A stretch of 63,658 nucleotides of DNA, taken from NCBI GenBank assembly GCA_947455935.1, contig CANGPV010000001.1, positions 1 through 63,658 on the forward strand, given 5' to 3'. This DNA comes from Comamonadaceae bacterium. GTDB taxonomy: Bacteria; Pseudomonadota; Gammaproteobacteria; Burkholderiales; Burkholderiaceae_C. The notes beneath the pieces are model-generated. The model was not told where the DNA came from. It made no database searches and worked only from the letters and a program-made list of their open reading frames with translations. A program made the translations under genes and the position numbers. How positions within the stretch are numbered: position 1 is the stretch's first letter; each line of letters opens with the position of its first letter. Below, piece after piece: positions 46,968 to 56,767 of the stretch.

Positions 46968-47711
46968 TCAGCGGTCGATGAGACGAAAGTCCATGGTGGG
47001 AGGTAAATGGGTCCAAGCCGTGTCAAAGCCATTGATGGAGCGAGCGCTCAAGGGCATTTCTCGCTGCAAATAAAGCTCGGTCCCTGCACTGACGCTGTCA
47101 ATCAACGGTAAGTCAACCTCGGCTTGAAGATCGGCTGCATAACCGGCCAAACCTGCACCACCCATGATGATGGATTTCACACCGTTTCGTGCAGCTTGTT
47201 GACAGGCTACACCTAGCACCCTGAGCGCATTGTGACGATCGGCCAAGAGCTGTGCACCGGTTTCTTGTACCAATTCAATGTGTTGCAGTTGCTGGGCAAA
47301 ACCCAAGCTCAAAGCCAAACGCTCCAGCATGGGTTTCCAACGTGCACCCCCTGTGACGATGGCAAACGAGCCTAAGCGAGCAGCTTGAATAAAAGAAGCC
47401 TCTGCCAAACCAGACACCGGACAGGCACTGGCCTCACGTAAAGCAAACAAACCAGGATCACCAAAACAAGCGATCAACACGCCATCCGGGGCATGTGGGG
47501 TGATGTGCAGATGATGCGACCATGCGTCAAGCAATGCATGGCCTGCCACCGCATGACTGGCCTCGCAAGCGATGTAAGGTGCGCCAAAGCGAGCATTGAT
47601 GCAATCGAGCTGCACATCCGTGGGCAGCAGCGTTTTCAAATGCGACTGCAAGCGCTGGGTGGTGGCCAGCCCCGTATTGGGGTTGATGACAAGCAAGTGC
47701 CGCACAACCAT
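46968..47711 (-). CDS. Asp/Glu/hydantoin racemase family protein
   Basis: VINPNT, IACFGDPGL.ALRE, GGAGLAG, PLIDSV. Confidence 0.85.
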   Translation of the reverse strand: MVVRHLLVINPNTGLATTQRLQSHLKTLLPTDVQLDCINARFGAPYIACEASHAVAGHALLDAWSHHLHITPHAPDGVLIACFGDPGLFALREASACPVSGLAEASFIQAARLGSFAIVTGGARWKPMLERLALSLGFAQQLQHIELVQETGAQLLADRHNALRVLGVACQQAARNGVKSIIMGGAGLAGYAADLQAEVDLPLIDSVSAGTELYLQREMPLSARSINGFDTAWTHLPPTMDFRLIDR

Positions 47712-48427
47712 CAATCCTGTAGCAGTTGTTCTAAATCAACCGACTGCGACTGCGCCATGGAAAAATTCAGCTGGCTCTCAATGGTATTGAGGTGATCCAC
47801 CATTTGCTTGGGTGCTTCGTGGTGGTCGCGCAAGCGAATCGCATCCAGTAATTTTTTGTGCTCTTGGCAACCGCAAGCTGCATGTTGGCTGCGCAGACTG
47901 GGGTCGCGTGACCCCCAGGCCATCAAGATCAAAGAATTACGAGAAATCAATTCATGCATCATGCGACCAAAGGTGTCATGCCCTGCCACTTCGGCAATGT
48001 ACAAATGAAATTCTCCGGACATCCGAATGGCCTTGTGCCAGTCGCCCGCCTCTTGGGCTTGTCTCTCTTGAGCGAGCATGCGGGACAAGTGAGCAATATC
48101 GTGTGCTTGTGCTTTGTCCATGAAGCGCAGCACCAGCACGGGTTCGATCAACCTACGTGCTTCGAACACCTCGATGGATTCTTGTTGCGTGGGCTGCGAC
48201 ACGGAAGCGCCACGGTTATGCGTGAGGGTGATGATGCGCTCATTGGCCAACCTGACCAAGATGGGCTTGATGCGGGTGCGCGACACCCCAAAAATACCGC
48301 ACAAGCGGTCTTCGGTCAAACGGGTGCCAGGTGGCAAGCGGTGGTCCAACACAGACTCCACGATGCGCTCGTAAATGGCTTGATCGCTCCAAACAGCAGG
48401 TGCATCCTTGAGAGCAGGACTGCTCAT
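47711..48427 (-). CDS. GntR (FCD) transcriptional regulator
   Basis: L.PG.RL.E..L...FGVSRT, NRGA.V, FEARR.IE, FH, EH. Confidence 0.9.
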   Translation of the reverse strand: MSSPALKDAPAVWSDQAIYERIVESVLDHRLPPGTRLTEDRLCGIFGVSRTRIKPILVRLANERIITLTHNRGASVSQPTQQESIEVFEARRLIEPVLVLRFMDKAQAHDIAHLSRMLAQERQAQEAGDWHKAIRMSGEFHLYIAEVAGHDTFGRMMHELISRNSLILMAWGSRDPSLRSQHAACGCQEHKKLLDAIRLRDHHEAPKQMVDHLNTIESQLNFSMAQSQSVDLEQLLQD

Positions 48428-49308
48428 CCACGTCTCCTGCGCAACCAAGCACCGGTAGCCAGCGCCACACCAATGACGGCAAATGAAATCAAGGTGGTGA
48501 CGCTACCCAAAGCATAAATCGCTGGGTTGGTCACTGTTGTGGTTAAGCCCTGCAACTCCAAGGGCAAAGTATTCACGTCGCCAATGGCCTGGGAGGTCCG
48601 GGCAATTTCATCCCAGCTCAAAGTGAAGCCAAACATACCCACACCCACCACGGAAGGTGCAATCAAAGGAAACACAACATGCTTGAAAGTCTGCCAGGGT
48701 GTAGCGCCTAAATCTTCGGCAGCCTCTTCATACGCGGGATTGAAGCGGTTAAACACCGCAAACATGATGAGCAAACCAAATGGCAAAGTCCACGTTAAGT
48801 GGGCTCCCATGGCCGAGGTAAACAGACCTAAGGAGGTGCCAAAGTCTTCTAGGGACTCGGTCATCTCCCATGTTTCCAACACGGATTTGATACCGCTATC
48901 GAGCAACCTGAATTGCAGGCCAATGCCCAAAGACACAATGATGGAGGGCATGATCAAACTGGCCACGGTGATATAAAAAAGTGCGTCGCCACCGCGCAAT
49001 TTTTTGCGAAAAGCCAAACCTGCCAAAACCGACATGAACATGGTCAAGGACATGACCACGGCGCCAAGCAACAAAGAGCGTTTGAACGCAGCGCCAATGT
49101 CCACCACACCCAAGCCCTCGGCCAATTTGTAAAACCAATGCAAGGACATACCCCGCAGAGGAAACGTCAAGCCCCCCTCAGGTCCTTGAAAACTCAAAAT
49201 AAAGATGGTGATCATGGGGCCGTAGAGAAACAGCACAAAGGCGGCGAACACGACCAACAAACCCCAAAATCCTGCGGGCTTCTTAGGTGAATAAGACACA
49301 GACGCCAT
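48424..49308 (-). CDS. ABC permease (PotC-like)
   Basis: FLYGP, EEAA.DLGA EAA loop, FTLSWDE. Confidence 0.9.
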   Translation of the reverse strand: MASVSYSPKKPAGFWGLLVVFAAFVLFLYGPMITIFILSFQGPEGGLTFPLRGMSLHWFYKLAEGLGVVDIGAAFKRSLLLGAVVMSLTMFMSVLAGLAFRKKLRGGDALFYITVASLIMPSIIVSLGIGLQFRLLDSGIKSVLETWEMTESLEDFGTSLGLFTSAMGAHLTWTLPFGLLIMFAVFNRFNPAYEEAAEDLGATPWQTFKHVVFPLIAPSVVGVGMFGFTLSWDEIARTSQAIGDVNTLPLELQGLTTTVTNPAIYALGSVTTLISFAVIGVALATGAWLRRRRG

Positions 49309-49310
49309 GC

Positions 49311-50222
49311 TCAGAGTTCCTTGCGAATATCAACCAGGCGAGTCAAAGCCCAAATAATCATGAGCACCACCAATAACAAAATCACAGCGTTGGCGGCAGC
49401 CAGAGGGAACTGCAAGAACGAGGTTTGTACTTGGATGATTTTGCCTACCGACGCTATTTGTTGCCCACCCATGACACCAATGGTGACAAAGTCACCCATC
49501 ACAATCGTGATGACGAAAATAGACCCAATGATGATGCCGGTGCGAGACAATGGAATGATCACATTCCACAAAGTTTGCCAAGGTGTTGCCCCCGTGTCGT
49601 AGGCGGCTTCAATCAATGAGCGATCAATACGCATCATGGAATTGAAGATGGGCACAATCATGAACATGGTGTAGAGGTGTACAAAGGCCAACACCACGGA
49701 AAATTCGGAAAACAACAGCCACTCCACAGGCTGGTTAACCAGTCCCATGCCCATGAGCGTTTGGTTGACCAAGCCATTGCGGCCCAGCAAGGGAATCCAC
49801 GAAATCATTCGAATGACATTGGAGGTCCAAAACGGCACGGTACACAATACAAACAACAGCGTCTGCGTTGAAGACGACTGAACACAAAACGCCAAAAAAT
49901 AAGCAATGGCAAAACCCAAGACCAAGGTAATAGCCCACACCATCAAGCTGATGCTGATGGTGGAACCATAGGTTTTTAAAGTGACACACATATCCCCGTA
50001 GTCATTCAACTGGGAACAGCCTTCAAAAATGCTGAAGTAGCTGTGCAAAGTGAACGTGGGAATCATTTCATATTCATTGAATTCCCAAAAGCTGACCATG
50101 AAGATCAGACCTAAGGGAACCAAGAAAAACAGCAGAAACACCAGTGAATAAGGCGTGGCTTGCCACAGCGCAGAAATGCGCAAAGGGGTGGCCGTTTTCA
50201 CGGTGTTCTGCTGTGTGCTCAT
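49311..50222 (-). CDS. ABC permease (PotB-like)
   Basis: PFWTSNVIR, GRNGLVN, LIEAA.D.GA EAA loop. Confidence 0.9.
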   Translation of the reverse strand: MSTQQNTVKTATPLRISALWQATPYSLVFLLFFLVPLGLIFMVSFWEFNEYEMIPTFTLHSYFSIFEGCSQLNDYGDMCVTLKTYGSTISISLMVWAITLVLGFAIAYFLAFCVQSSSTQTLLFVLCTVPFWTSNVIRMISWIPLLGRNGLVNQTLMGMGLVNQPVEWLLFSEFSVVLAFVHLYTMFMIVPIFNSMMRIDRSLIEAAYDTGATPWQTLWNVIIPLSRTGIIIGSIFVITIVMGDFVTIGVMGGQQIASVGKIIQVQTSFLQFPLAAANAVILLLVVLMIIWALTRLVDIRKEL

Positions 50223-50239
50223 GACTTAACTAGCAATGA

Positions 50240-51514
50240 TTAAGCAGCAACGAATTCGTTCCATTTCTTAACCATGTACTCGTTTTCGTCCATCACGGCA
50301 TTCCAGCAAGCGATGCCACCCATACGGGTTTCATAGCTGCCGCCGTCACGCACGCTACCGGCTTTGGCCAGCAAGTCACCGTTGGGTGACTTGATGTCTT
50401 TGGCAGCAGGTTTGCCTTCCATCCAGTAGGCCCATTCGTAGGCTTCCATTTTGGCTTTGGCTGTGTCCAATACGGCGCTGTAATAGCCTTGGCGATTCAG
50501 ATAAGCACCTGCCCAACCGTCGAGGAACCAGTTGATGAACTCGTACACGCCATCGGCTTTTTTGCCACTGACAGACTTGGGTACACCAAAACCAGCCGCC
50601 CATGCACGGTATCCTTCTTTCAAGGGCTGAAACACGCAGTCGATGCCTTTGGTACGCACCGCAGTCACTGCAGGTGACCACATGGACTGAATCACCACTT
50701 CGCCAGAAGCCATCAAGTTGACGGATTCGTTGAAGTCTTTCCACAAGGCACGGAATTGACCTGCTTTTTTGGCTTCAATCAGTGTTTTGATGGTCAAGTC
50801 GATTTCAGCCTTGGTCATATTGCCTTTGTCGGGGTATTTGTAAATACCTTTGGCTTCCACCACCATGGCCGCATCCATGATGCCAATGGAGGGGATATTC
50901 AAAATAGCTGCTTTGCCTTTGAATTCAGGGTTGAGCAACTCGGCCCAAGAACTGATGGGACGCTTGATCAGGTCAGGACGGATACCCAAGGTGTCGGCGT
51001 TGTACACGGTGGGGATAAGGGTCATGTACTGTGTAGGCGTTGCAGAGAAAGTCTTGCTATCGGGTTTATCCAAATACATAACTTTCTTGGGCGCGGTACC
51101 TTGGTCGCCCACTTTTTTACCAGCGACTTCACCTTTGGTGAACAGCGTAGTGATTTTGTCGGCGTTTTTGATACGCTTGGTGTCGATACCCAACAAATTG
51201 CCCGTGGGGACGATCTTCTTCAAAGAAAAGTACTCGGTGTCGATCAGGTCGAACGAATTGGGTGCAGTCACAGCACGCTTGGTCACATCGTCAGTGGTGA
51301 CGGCAACGTATTGAATTTCAATGCCGGTATCGGCTTTAAATTTTTCAGCAATGGTTTTGTCTTGGTTAACCGCAGTGCCGAGGTAACGCAACACAATTTT
51401 TTCGCTGGCATGCACAGCGGGGAAGATACCGCTTGCCAAAATAGCAGCAGTACCTTTTAAAACCGCACGGCGATCTGTCGCCACTTGCTCTACAGAGGGT
51501 TTTTCGTCTTTCAT
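50240..51514 (-). CDS. ABC substrate-binding protein (PotD/PotF-like) with Tat signal
   Basis: DRRAVLKG twin-arginine motif; YNADTLG, SW.EL..PE.KGK, MWSPA, KEGYRAW. Confidence 0.88.
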   Translation of the reverse strand: MKDEKPSVEQVATDRRAVLKGTAAILASGIFPAVHASEKIVLRYLGTAVNQDKTIAEKFKADTGIEIQYVAVTTDDVTKRAVTAPNSFDLIDTEYFSLKKIVPTGNLLGIDTKRIKNADKITTLFTKGEVAGKKVGDQGTAPKKVMYLDKPDSKTFSATPTQYMTLIPTVYNADTLGIRPDLIKRPISSWAELLNPEFKGKAAILNIPSIGIMDAAMVVEAKGIYKYPDKGNMTKAEIDLTIKTLIEAKKAGQFRALWKDFNESVNLMASGEVVIQSMWSPAVTAVRTKGIDCVFQPLKEGYRAWAAGFGVPKSVSGKKADGVYEFINWFLDGWAGAYLNRQGYYSAVLDTAKAKMEAYEWAYWMEGKPAAKDIKSPNGDLLAKAGSVRDGGSYETRMGGIACWNAVMDENEYMVKKWNEFVAA

Positions 51515-51575
51515 GGTCTTCCTTTTACGGGGTTAAAAAACCTGAGATCGTCAGGCGGCGAGGGTGAACAAGGTT

Positions 51576-52595
51576 TCAGTGGGCAGACAGCACATGACCA
51601 TCTGCTTCTAACCATTGCAAGTGGTAGGTGTGTCCTGGGGTCCATTGAGAATTGACACGGGACTCAGGCATCATCACGCTCATGGTTTCAGTGTCAGGGC
51701 CCTGGGGCGCAAAGGCCAACAAGCAGTAACTGCCTTGGAATTCAATATCGATAAGCGAAGCTTGCACGTGCGGCTGATTGCCTGAAGGCGGGGTATCCAA
51801 AACGTCGATTTTGTCGCTGCGAACAGCCACCAAACCCGAGTTGGTGTTGACCAAGTTGTGACCGCCCATGAAACGTGCCACAAACTCAGACGAAGGGCGG
51901 TTGAAGACCTGTTGGGGCGTACCAGCTTGTTCGATACGACCATGGTTCATCACCACCATGGTGTCAGCCAAAGCCATGGCTTCTTCTTGCGAGTGGGTCA
52001 CATGAATGAAGGTCAAGCCCAATTCTTTTTGCCAACGGCGCAATTCGGCACGCATTTGGATACGCAAAAACGGATCGAGCGCCGACAAGGGCTCGTCGAG
52101 CAAAAGTACACGAGGCTCCATGATGAGCGCCCTTGCCAAGGCAATACGCTGCTGCTGACCGCCCGATAACTCCGAAGGGAAACGTTGCGCATAAGCGCTC
52201 ATGGCTACACGCTCTAGCAAGGCATGGGCACGTTGGTGTCTCTCTGCTTTGCCCACACCTCGCATCTTCAAGCTGAAAGCGACGTTGTCTAAAGAGTTCA
52301 GATGGGGAAACAAGGCATAACTTTGGAACATCATGGCCGTGCCACGCTCAGCGGCCGTGGCATGGGTGATGTTGCGACCACCCAAAATCACGTCCCCCGA
52401 AGTCACCACCTCGTGACCCGCCACCATGCGCAAGGTGGAGGTTTTGCCGCAACCCGAGGGGCCGAGCAAACAACAATAATGATTGGTGGGGACTTTTAAA
52501 TTGATGCTGTCTACAGCAATGCTGTCAGCGCTGTAGTGCTTGGACAAGGCCACCAGTTCCAGTGTGTTGTCCTTGCTGTGTGTGTGGAGAGACAT
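51576..52595 (-). CDS. ABC ATP-binding protein (PotA-like)
   Basis: GPSGCGKT, FQSYALFPH, LSGGQQQR, LLDEPLSALD, VTHSQEEA. Confidence 0.93.
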   Translation of the reverse strand: MSLHTHSKDNTLELVALSKHYSADSIAVDSINLKVPTNHYCCLLGPSGCGKTSTLRMVAGHEVVTSGDVILGGRNITHATAAERGTAMMFQSYALFPHLNSLDNVAFSLKMRGVGKAERHQRAHALLERVAMSAYAQRFPSELSGGQQQRIALARALIMEPRVLLLDEPLSALDPFLRIQMRAELRRWQKELGLTFIHVTHSQEEAMALADTMVVMNHGRIEQAGTPQQVFNRPSSEFVARFMGGHNLVNTNSGLVAVRSDKIDVLDTPPSGNQPHVQASLIDIEFQGSYCLLAFAPQGPDTETMSVMMPESRVNSQWTPGHTYHLQWLEADGHVLSAH

Positions 52596-52605
52596 GCTTT
52601 ACCCT

Positions 52606-52622
52606 AGCAATCAAGATGCCAA
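52606..52622 (-). promoter_or_regulatory. Sigma54 (-24/-12) promoter of the ABC operon
   Basis: Minus strand TTGGCATCTTGATTGCT, a close match to TGGCAC-N5-TTGCW. Confidence 0.85.
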
Positions 52623-52660
52623 CCGATTGTGGCTTGTTTGTATGCAAAGATAATCGAAAT

Positions 52661-52752
52661 TGCATTCAATCGGTGCCTTTTTTTGTTTTTAAGCGCACAG
52701 AATGGGTGCAGAACTAGGGTAAACGATAGGTGGCAAGCACCAAATCGGGGCC
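52661..52752. promoter_or_regulatory. Three NtrC-like boxes
   Basis: GCAT-N7-GTGC (52662), GCAC-N7-GTGC (52695), GCAC-N7-GGGC (52737), upstream of the sigma54 promoter. Confidence 0.75.
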
Positions 52753-52821
52753 GAGCGATTCGGACTGAAGACACTGCATTTGAAGCGACAATGCACAAGC
52801 AAAACCAACCTCACAGCGTCT

Positions 52822-53460
52822 ATGTCCAACGATCCCTTTGTGCATGTCATTTCACACCCCTTGGTGCAACACAAATTGACCTTGATGCGACGCAAGGATG
52901 CAAGCACCAGCAGCTTCAGACGGTTACTGAATGAGCTGTCCATGCTCATGGCCTATGAGGTCACCCGTGACATGGAAATCAGCTATGTCTCCATCGATAC
53001 CCCGATGGAGACCATGCAAGCGCCCACCATTGATGGCAAAAAATTAGCCTTGATCAGCATCTTGCGAGCAGGCACAGGGATTTTGGATGGCATGTTGCAA
53101 GTGGTACCAGGTGCCAGAGTGGGGCATATTGGTATTTACCGCAATCCCGATACCTTGCAAGCTGTGGAGTATTTTTTCAAGGTTCCCCAAAACATGCCTG
53201 AGCGAGATGTGATTGTGGTGGACCCCATGCTGGCGACTGGCAACTCTGCGGTGGCCGCCATCGCCCGCATCAAACTTACCCAACCCAAGTCCATCAAGTT
53301 TTTGTGTTTGCTCACCTGCCCAGAAGGAGTTGCCGCCATGCGAAGCGCACATCCTGATGTACCGATTTACACCGCTGCGATTGACCGGCAGTTGAATGAA
53401 GATGGCTACATACTTCCAGGCCTAGGAGATGCAGGTGACCGCATCTTTGGCACCAAATAA
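52822..53460 (+). CDS. upp: Uracil phosphoribosyltransferase
   Basis: [46 protein letters not shown]. Confidence 0.97.
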   Translation: MSNDPFVHVISHPLVQHKLTLMRRKDASTSSFRRLLNELSMLMAYEVTRDMEISYVSIDTPMETMQAPTIDGKKLALISILRAGTGILDGMLQVVPGARVGHIGIYRNPDTLQAVEYFFKVPQNMPERDVIVVDPMLATGNSAVAAIARIKLTQPKSIKFLCLLTCPEGVAAMRSAHPDVPIYTAAIDRQLNEDGYILPGLGDAGDRIFGTK

Positions 53461-53474
53461 ACTCCAGCAACTCT

Positions 53475-54350
53475 ATGCACATGCTTCGTTCACTGCTTTT
53501 TGTTCCTGGCGACAGCGAGAAAAAACTCGCTAAGTCCATCAGTACTTCAGCCGATGCCTTGATTTTGGATTTGGAAGACTCTGTGTCGCCCGATCGAACA
53601 GTGATTGCCCGAAGCATGGTGTTTGAATTCCTAAAGGCCCACAGCAACCGATCTCAACAACTGTGGGTTCGCATCAACCCTTTGCAAACCCCTTTGGCTT
53701 TGCCCGATCTGGTGGCGGTGATGGCTGGCAAACCTGACGGCATCATGCTGCCCAAGCCCTTGAACGCCAAAGATGCCCAGCAACTCGACCATTGCTTGTC
53801 TGCATTGGAAGTGCGTGAGGGCTTGGAGCTCGGCTCGACCCGCATCATCCCGGTGGCTACCGAAGTGGCGGGTGCCTTGTTCGATTTGCAGTCATATGCC
53901 GGTGCCACTCCCCGCTTGCAAGGCTTGACATGGGGCGCAGAAGATTTGGCCACGGCCTTGGGTGCGACTTCCAACCGCAATGAACAAGGTGACTTCACCT
54001 TCACTTACCAACTTGCACGTTCACTGTGTTTATTAGCCTCTGCCCATGCCGAGGTGCAGGCGATTGACACCTTGTCGGTGGATTTCAAAGACATGAAAGC
54101 CTTGGCTGCTGATGTGCACAACGCTCGCAGAGAGGGCTTCAGTGGCAAATTGGCCATACACCCCGACCAAGTGGAGGTCATCAACCAAGGCTTCACGCCC
54201 TCTGCCCACGACATCAGCCATGCGCAACGCATTGTGGATGCGTTTGCACAGGCACAAGGCGCTGGTGCGGTGCAACTCGATGGCAAGATGGTGGATAAGC
54301 CCCACCTCACCCAAGCCTTGCGCTTGCTGCAACTCTCTAGGAAACACTGA
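53475..54350 (+). CDS. CitE-like CoA-ester lyase (HpcH/HpaI family)
   Basis: RSLLFVPGD, DLEDSV, VRIN, PK, GAEDL, GKLAIHPDQ, GKMVDKPH. Confidence 0.9.
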   Translation: MHMLRSLLFVPGDSEKKLAKSISTSADALILDLEDSVSPDRTVIARSMVFEFLKAHSNRSQQLWVRINPLQTPLALPDLVAVMAGKPDGIMLPKPLNAKDAQQLDHCLSALEVREGLELGSTRIIPVATEVAGALFDLQSYAGATPRLQGLTWGAEDLATALGATSNRNEQGDFTFTYQLARSLCLLASAHAEVQAIDTLSVDFKDMKALAADVHNARREGFSGKLAIHPDQVEVINQGFTPSAHDISHAQRIVDAFAQAQGAGAVQLDGKMVDKPHLTQALRLLQLSRKH

Positions 54351-54811
54351 TGGCTGGTTTGTACTTTGAAGCGTTTTATGTCGGGCAGATGTTTCAACAT
54401 GCCATTCGTCGCACCGTGTCTGAAATGGACAATGTGATGTTTTCTGCCTTGACACATAACCCTGCTGCCTTGCATTTGGATGAGGAGTATTGCAAGCACC
54501 ACACCGAGTTTGGGCAACGCATTGTCAACAGTGTGTTTACCTTGGGCTTGATCGTGGGTGTATCCGTTGGCGACACCACCTTGGGAACCACAGTGGCCAA
54601 CTTGGGCTGGGACGAAGTGCGTTTCCCCAAGCCTTTGTTCCACGGCGACACGGTGCGGGTGGAAACCGAGGTTCTTGAATTGCGTGAAAGCCAGTCGCGC
54701 CCACGCAATGGCATTGTGATTTTTGCCCACCGAGGCTACAACCAACACAATGACTTGATTGCGTCCTGTAAACGCTCGGCATTGATGCTGAAAACCCCCC
54801 TCCCTGCCTGA
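54350..54811 (+). CDS. MaoC-family (R)-specific enoyl-CoA hydratase
   Basis: GLYFE.F, RTV.E.DN..F..LTHNPA.LHLD, VANLG, F.KP.FHGDT. Confidence 0.9.
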   Translation: MAGLYFEAFYVGQMFQHAIRRTVSEMDNVMFSALTHNPAALHLDEEYCKHHTEFGQRIVNSVFTLGLIVGVSVGDTTLGTTVANLGWDEVRFPKPLFHGDTVRVETEVLELRESQSRPRNGIVIFAHRGYNQHNDLIASCKRSALMLKTPLPA

Positions 54812-54813
54812 CC

Positions 54814-55521
54814 ATGAATTACATCTTCCCTCCTCATACGGTGGTGGGCTTGCCCATCGCCGGCAAGTCTGAAACGTTTCCAGTTCGTCGTGTGTATTGC
54901 GTTGGCAGAAACTATGCTGCCCATGCACGTGAAATGGGCTTTGACCCCGACCGCGAACCGCCCTTCTTTTTTTGCAAAGCCAATGATGCGCAATCGGTGG
55001 TGGCCGTACCAGCCGACACCACGGTATCTATCCCCTACCCCACCTTGACCAGCAACTTTCACTATGAAATTGAGTTGGTGGTGGCGATGGGCAAGGCGGG
55101 AAAAAACATTCCTATCGAGCAAGCCAGCGAGCATATTTTTGGCTACGCCGTGGGTTTGGACATGACCCGCCGAGATTTGCAAATCAAGATGCGTGAGCAA
55201 GGCAGGCCTTGGGAAATTGGCAAAGCCTTTGACTATGGGGCTCCCATAGGTGTCTTGCATCTGAAATCTGAGACGGGCGAAATCAATTCAGGCGAAATCT
55301 CCCTCACAGTCAATAACGACGTCAAGCAGAAAAGCGATATCTCTCATTTGATTTGGTCGGTCAGCGAGACCATTGCCAACCTTTCCACCTTGTTTGAACT
55401 TCAGCCAGGGGACCTGATTTTTACCGGCACACCCGATGGCGTGGGTCCTGTCAATGCAGGTGACACCATGCACGGCGCTATCGCAAAACTTTCTCCACTT
55501 TCAGTCAAGGTAAGCCCATGA
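54814..55521 (+). CDS. FAH-family hydrolase (fumarylpyruvate hydrolase-like)
   Basis: RRVYCVGRNYAAHAREMG, HYEIELV, DMTRRDLQ, PWEIGKAFD, GDLIFTGTP.GVG. Confidence 0.92.
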   Translation: MNYIFPPHTVVGLPIAGKSETFPVRRVYCVGRNYAAHAREMGFDPDREPPFFFCKANDAQSVVAVPADTTVSIPYPTLTSNFHYEIELVVAMGKAGKNIPIEQASEHIFGYAVGLDMTRRDLQIKMREQGRPWEIGKAFDYGAPIGVLHLKSETGEINSGEISLTVNNDVKQKSDISHLIWSVSETIANLSTLFELQPGDLIFTGTPDGVGPVNAGDTMHGAIAKLSPLSVKVSP

Positions 55522-55796
55522 CCACACCTACACTTGAATCGTTCACGGTCCAATCCATGGACGAAGGTTTTGATGAAATTTTGGTTCGGGAATGGGCTCC
55601 TGATCTCAAGATCGATACCCACACCCACCCGTTTGATGTCAGCGCTTATGTGCAGCGTGGCGAATATTGGTTGACGGTGGGTGACAAGGTCACACACCTC
55701 AAAGCGGGTGACTATTTCCGCTTGGCCCGAAACATTGAGCACGCTGAGCTGTATGGCTCAGAAGGCGCAACCGTGTGGGTTGCCAGGGCCAATTGA
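55518..55796 (+). CDS. Small cupin protein
   Basis: HTHPF, V..G, L.AGD.F, H.E.YG.EGA. Confidence 0.8.
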   Translation: MTTPTLESFTVQSMDEGFDEILVREWAPDLKIDTHTHPFDVSAYVQRGEYWLTVGDKVTHLKAGDYFRLARNIEHAELYGSEGATVWVARAN

Positions 55797-56767
55797 ATAA
55801 GCCATCACGCCGCTCAACCTTGGCGCTGTTGGGCGCAGCGGCGTTTGGCCATCGGATCCAGCCAAGTTGGGGGCAGACAAGCCCCTCACTACCCGTCTTG
55901 CGGGTAGCCATCATTTCCCGCACGGTGTTTTATGCCCCCTTGTGGGCTGCGCTTGAGCTCAAGCTGTTTGAGCGTGAGGGACTCCATGTCACAGTGTTGG
56001 TGTTTGACAATGCTGAGCGCATCACTGAAGCCTTGCTAAAGGGTGAAATCGATATCGCTGTCTCTACCCCCGAGTCCGTCATGGTGGATGCTTACCAAGG
56101 TGGACCCTTGCGCATGGTGGCAGGAAACGCCGAAAAGTTACCCCACCAAATCATTGCCAGACCCCCTGTTCAATCAACCCAAGACTTGGTTGGCGCAAGG
56201 TTTGGTGTACTGTCTCTCAAAGAGGGAACCGCTTATTTGGTTAAACGCTATGCCGAGTCCATAGGCCTGAACAAAGACCACTACACCGTGGTGGCCGTGG
56301 GTGGTGCCCCCACACGTTGGAAGCATTTGCAAGACGGTTCGATTGATGTGGGTTTTCAACCTTTTCCTTTGAGTTATGTTGCAGAGGATGCTGGCTACAG
56401 CAATTTAGGTGCTGTTTCTGCGCTGTTTCCTGACTGGCTATTTACCTGCGTGAATGTGCATCAGCGCTGGGCACAACAACATGCCCAACAGTTAAAAGTC
56501 TTCTTGGCCACTTTGAACGCGGCCCAACTGCAATTCATGGCGACGCCTCATGCGTTTGCTCCATTGCTTGCGCAAGAGTTGCGAACCACCCCCGCTTATG
56601 CCGCCCGGGCCATTGACCAAGCGTTGCGTATGAACATGTTTGCCCCTGGTACACGGGTTCACCCACCTGCAGTCAAAGCGGTGTTTGAGGCATTGCTCGA
56701 TACCGAACAATTGCCAGCTGGTACCGCCTTCCAGATGGAGCGATTTTTTGATGCCAGCTACCTCTGA
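55793..56767 (+). CDS. Orphan substrate-binding protein (SsuA/NMT1-like)
   Basis: SRR..L Tat-like leader; G.F.REGL.V, AL.KG.ID, DL.G...GV, R...L..G.ID; TTG start. Confidence 0.75.
   Translation: MNKPSRRSTLALLGAAAFGHRIQPSWGQTSPSLPVLRVAIISRTVFYAPLWAALELKLFEREGLHVTVLVFDNAERITEALLKGEIDIAVSTPESVMVDAYQGGPLRMVAGNAEKLPHQIIARPPVQSTQDLVGARFGVLSLKEGTAYLVKRYAESIGLNKDHYTVVAVGGAPTRWKHLQDGSIDVGFQPFPLSYVAEDAGYSNLGAVSALFPDWLFTCVNVHQRWAQQHAQQLKVFLATLNAAQLQFMATPHAFAPLLAQELRTTPAYAARAIDQALRMNMFAPGTRVHPPAVKAVFEALLDTEQLPAGTAFQMERFFDASYL

Noticed and set aside
54005-54928. 307-aa minus-strand ORF
   Set aside because: Antisense to the well-supported CitE/MaoC/FAH genes; no recognisable domain.
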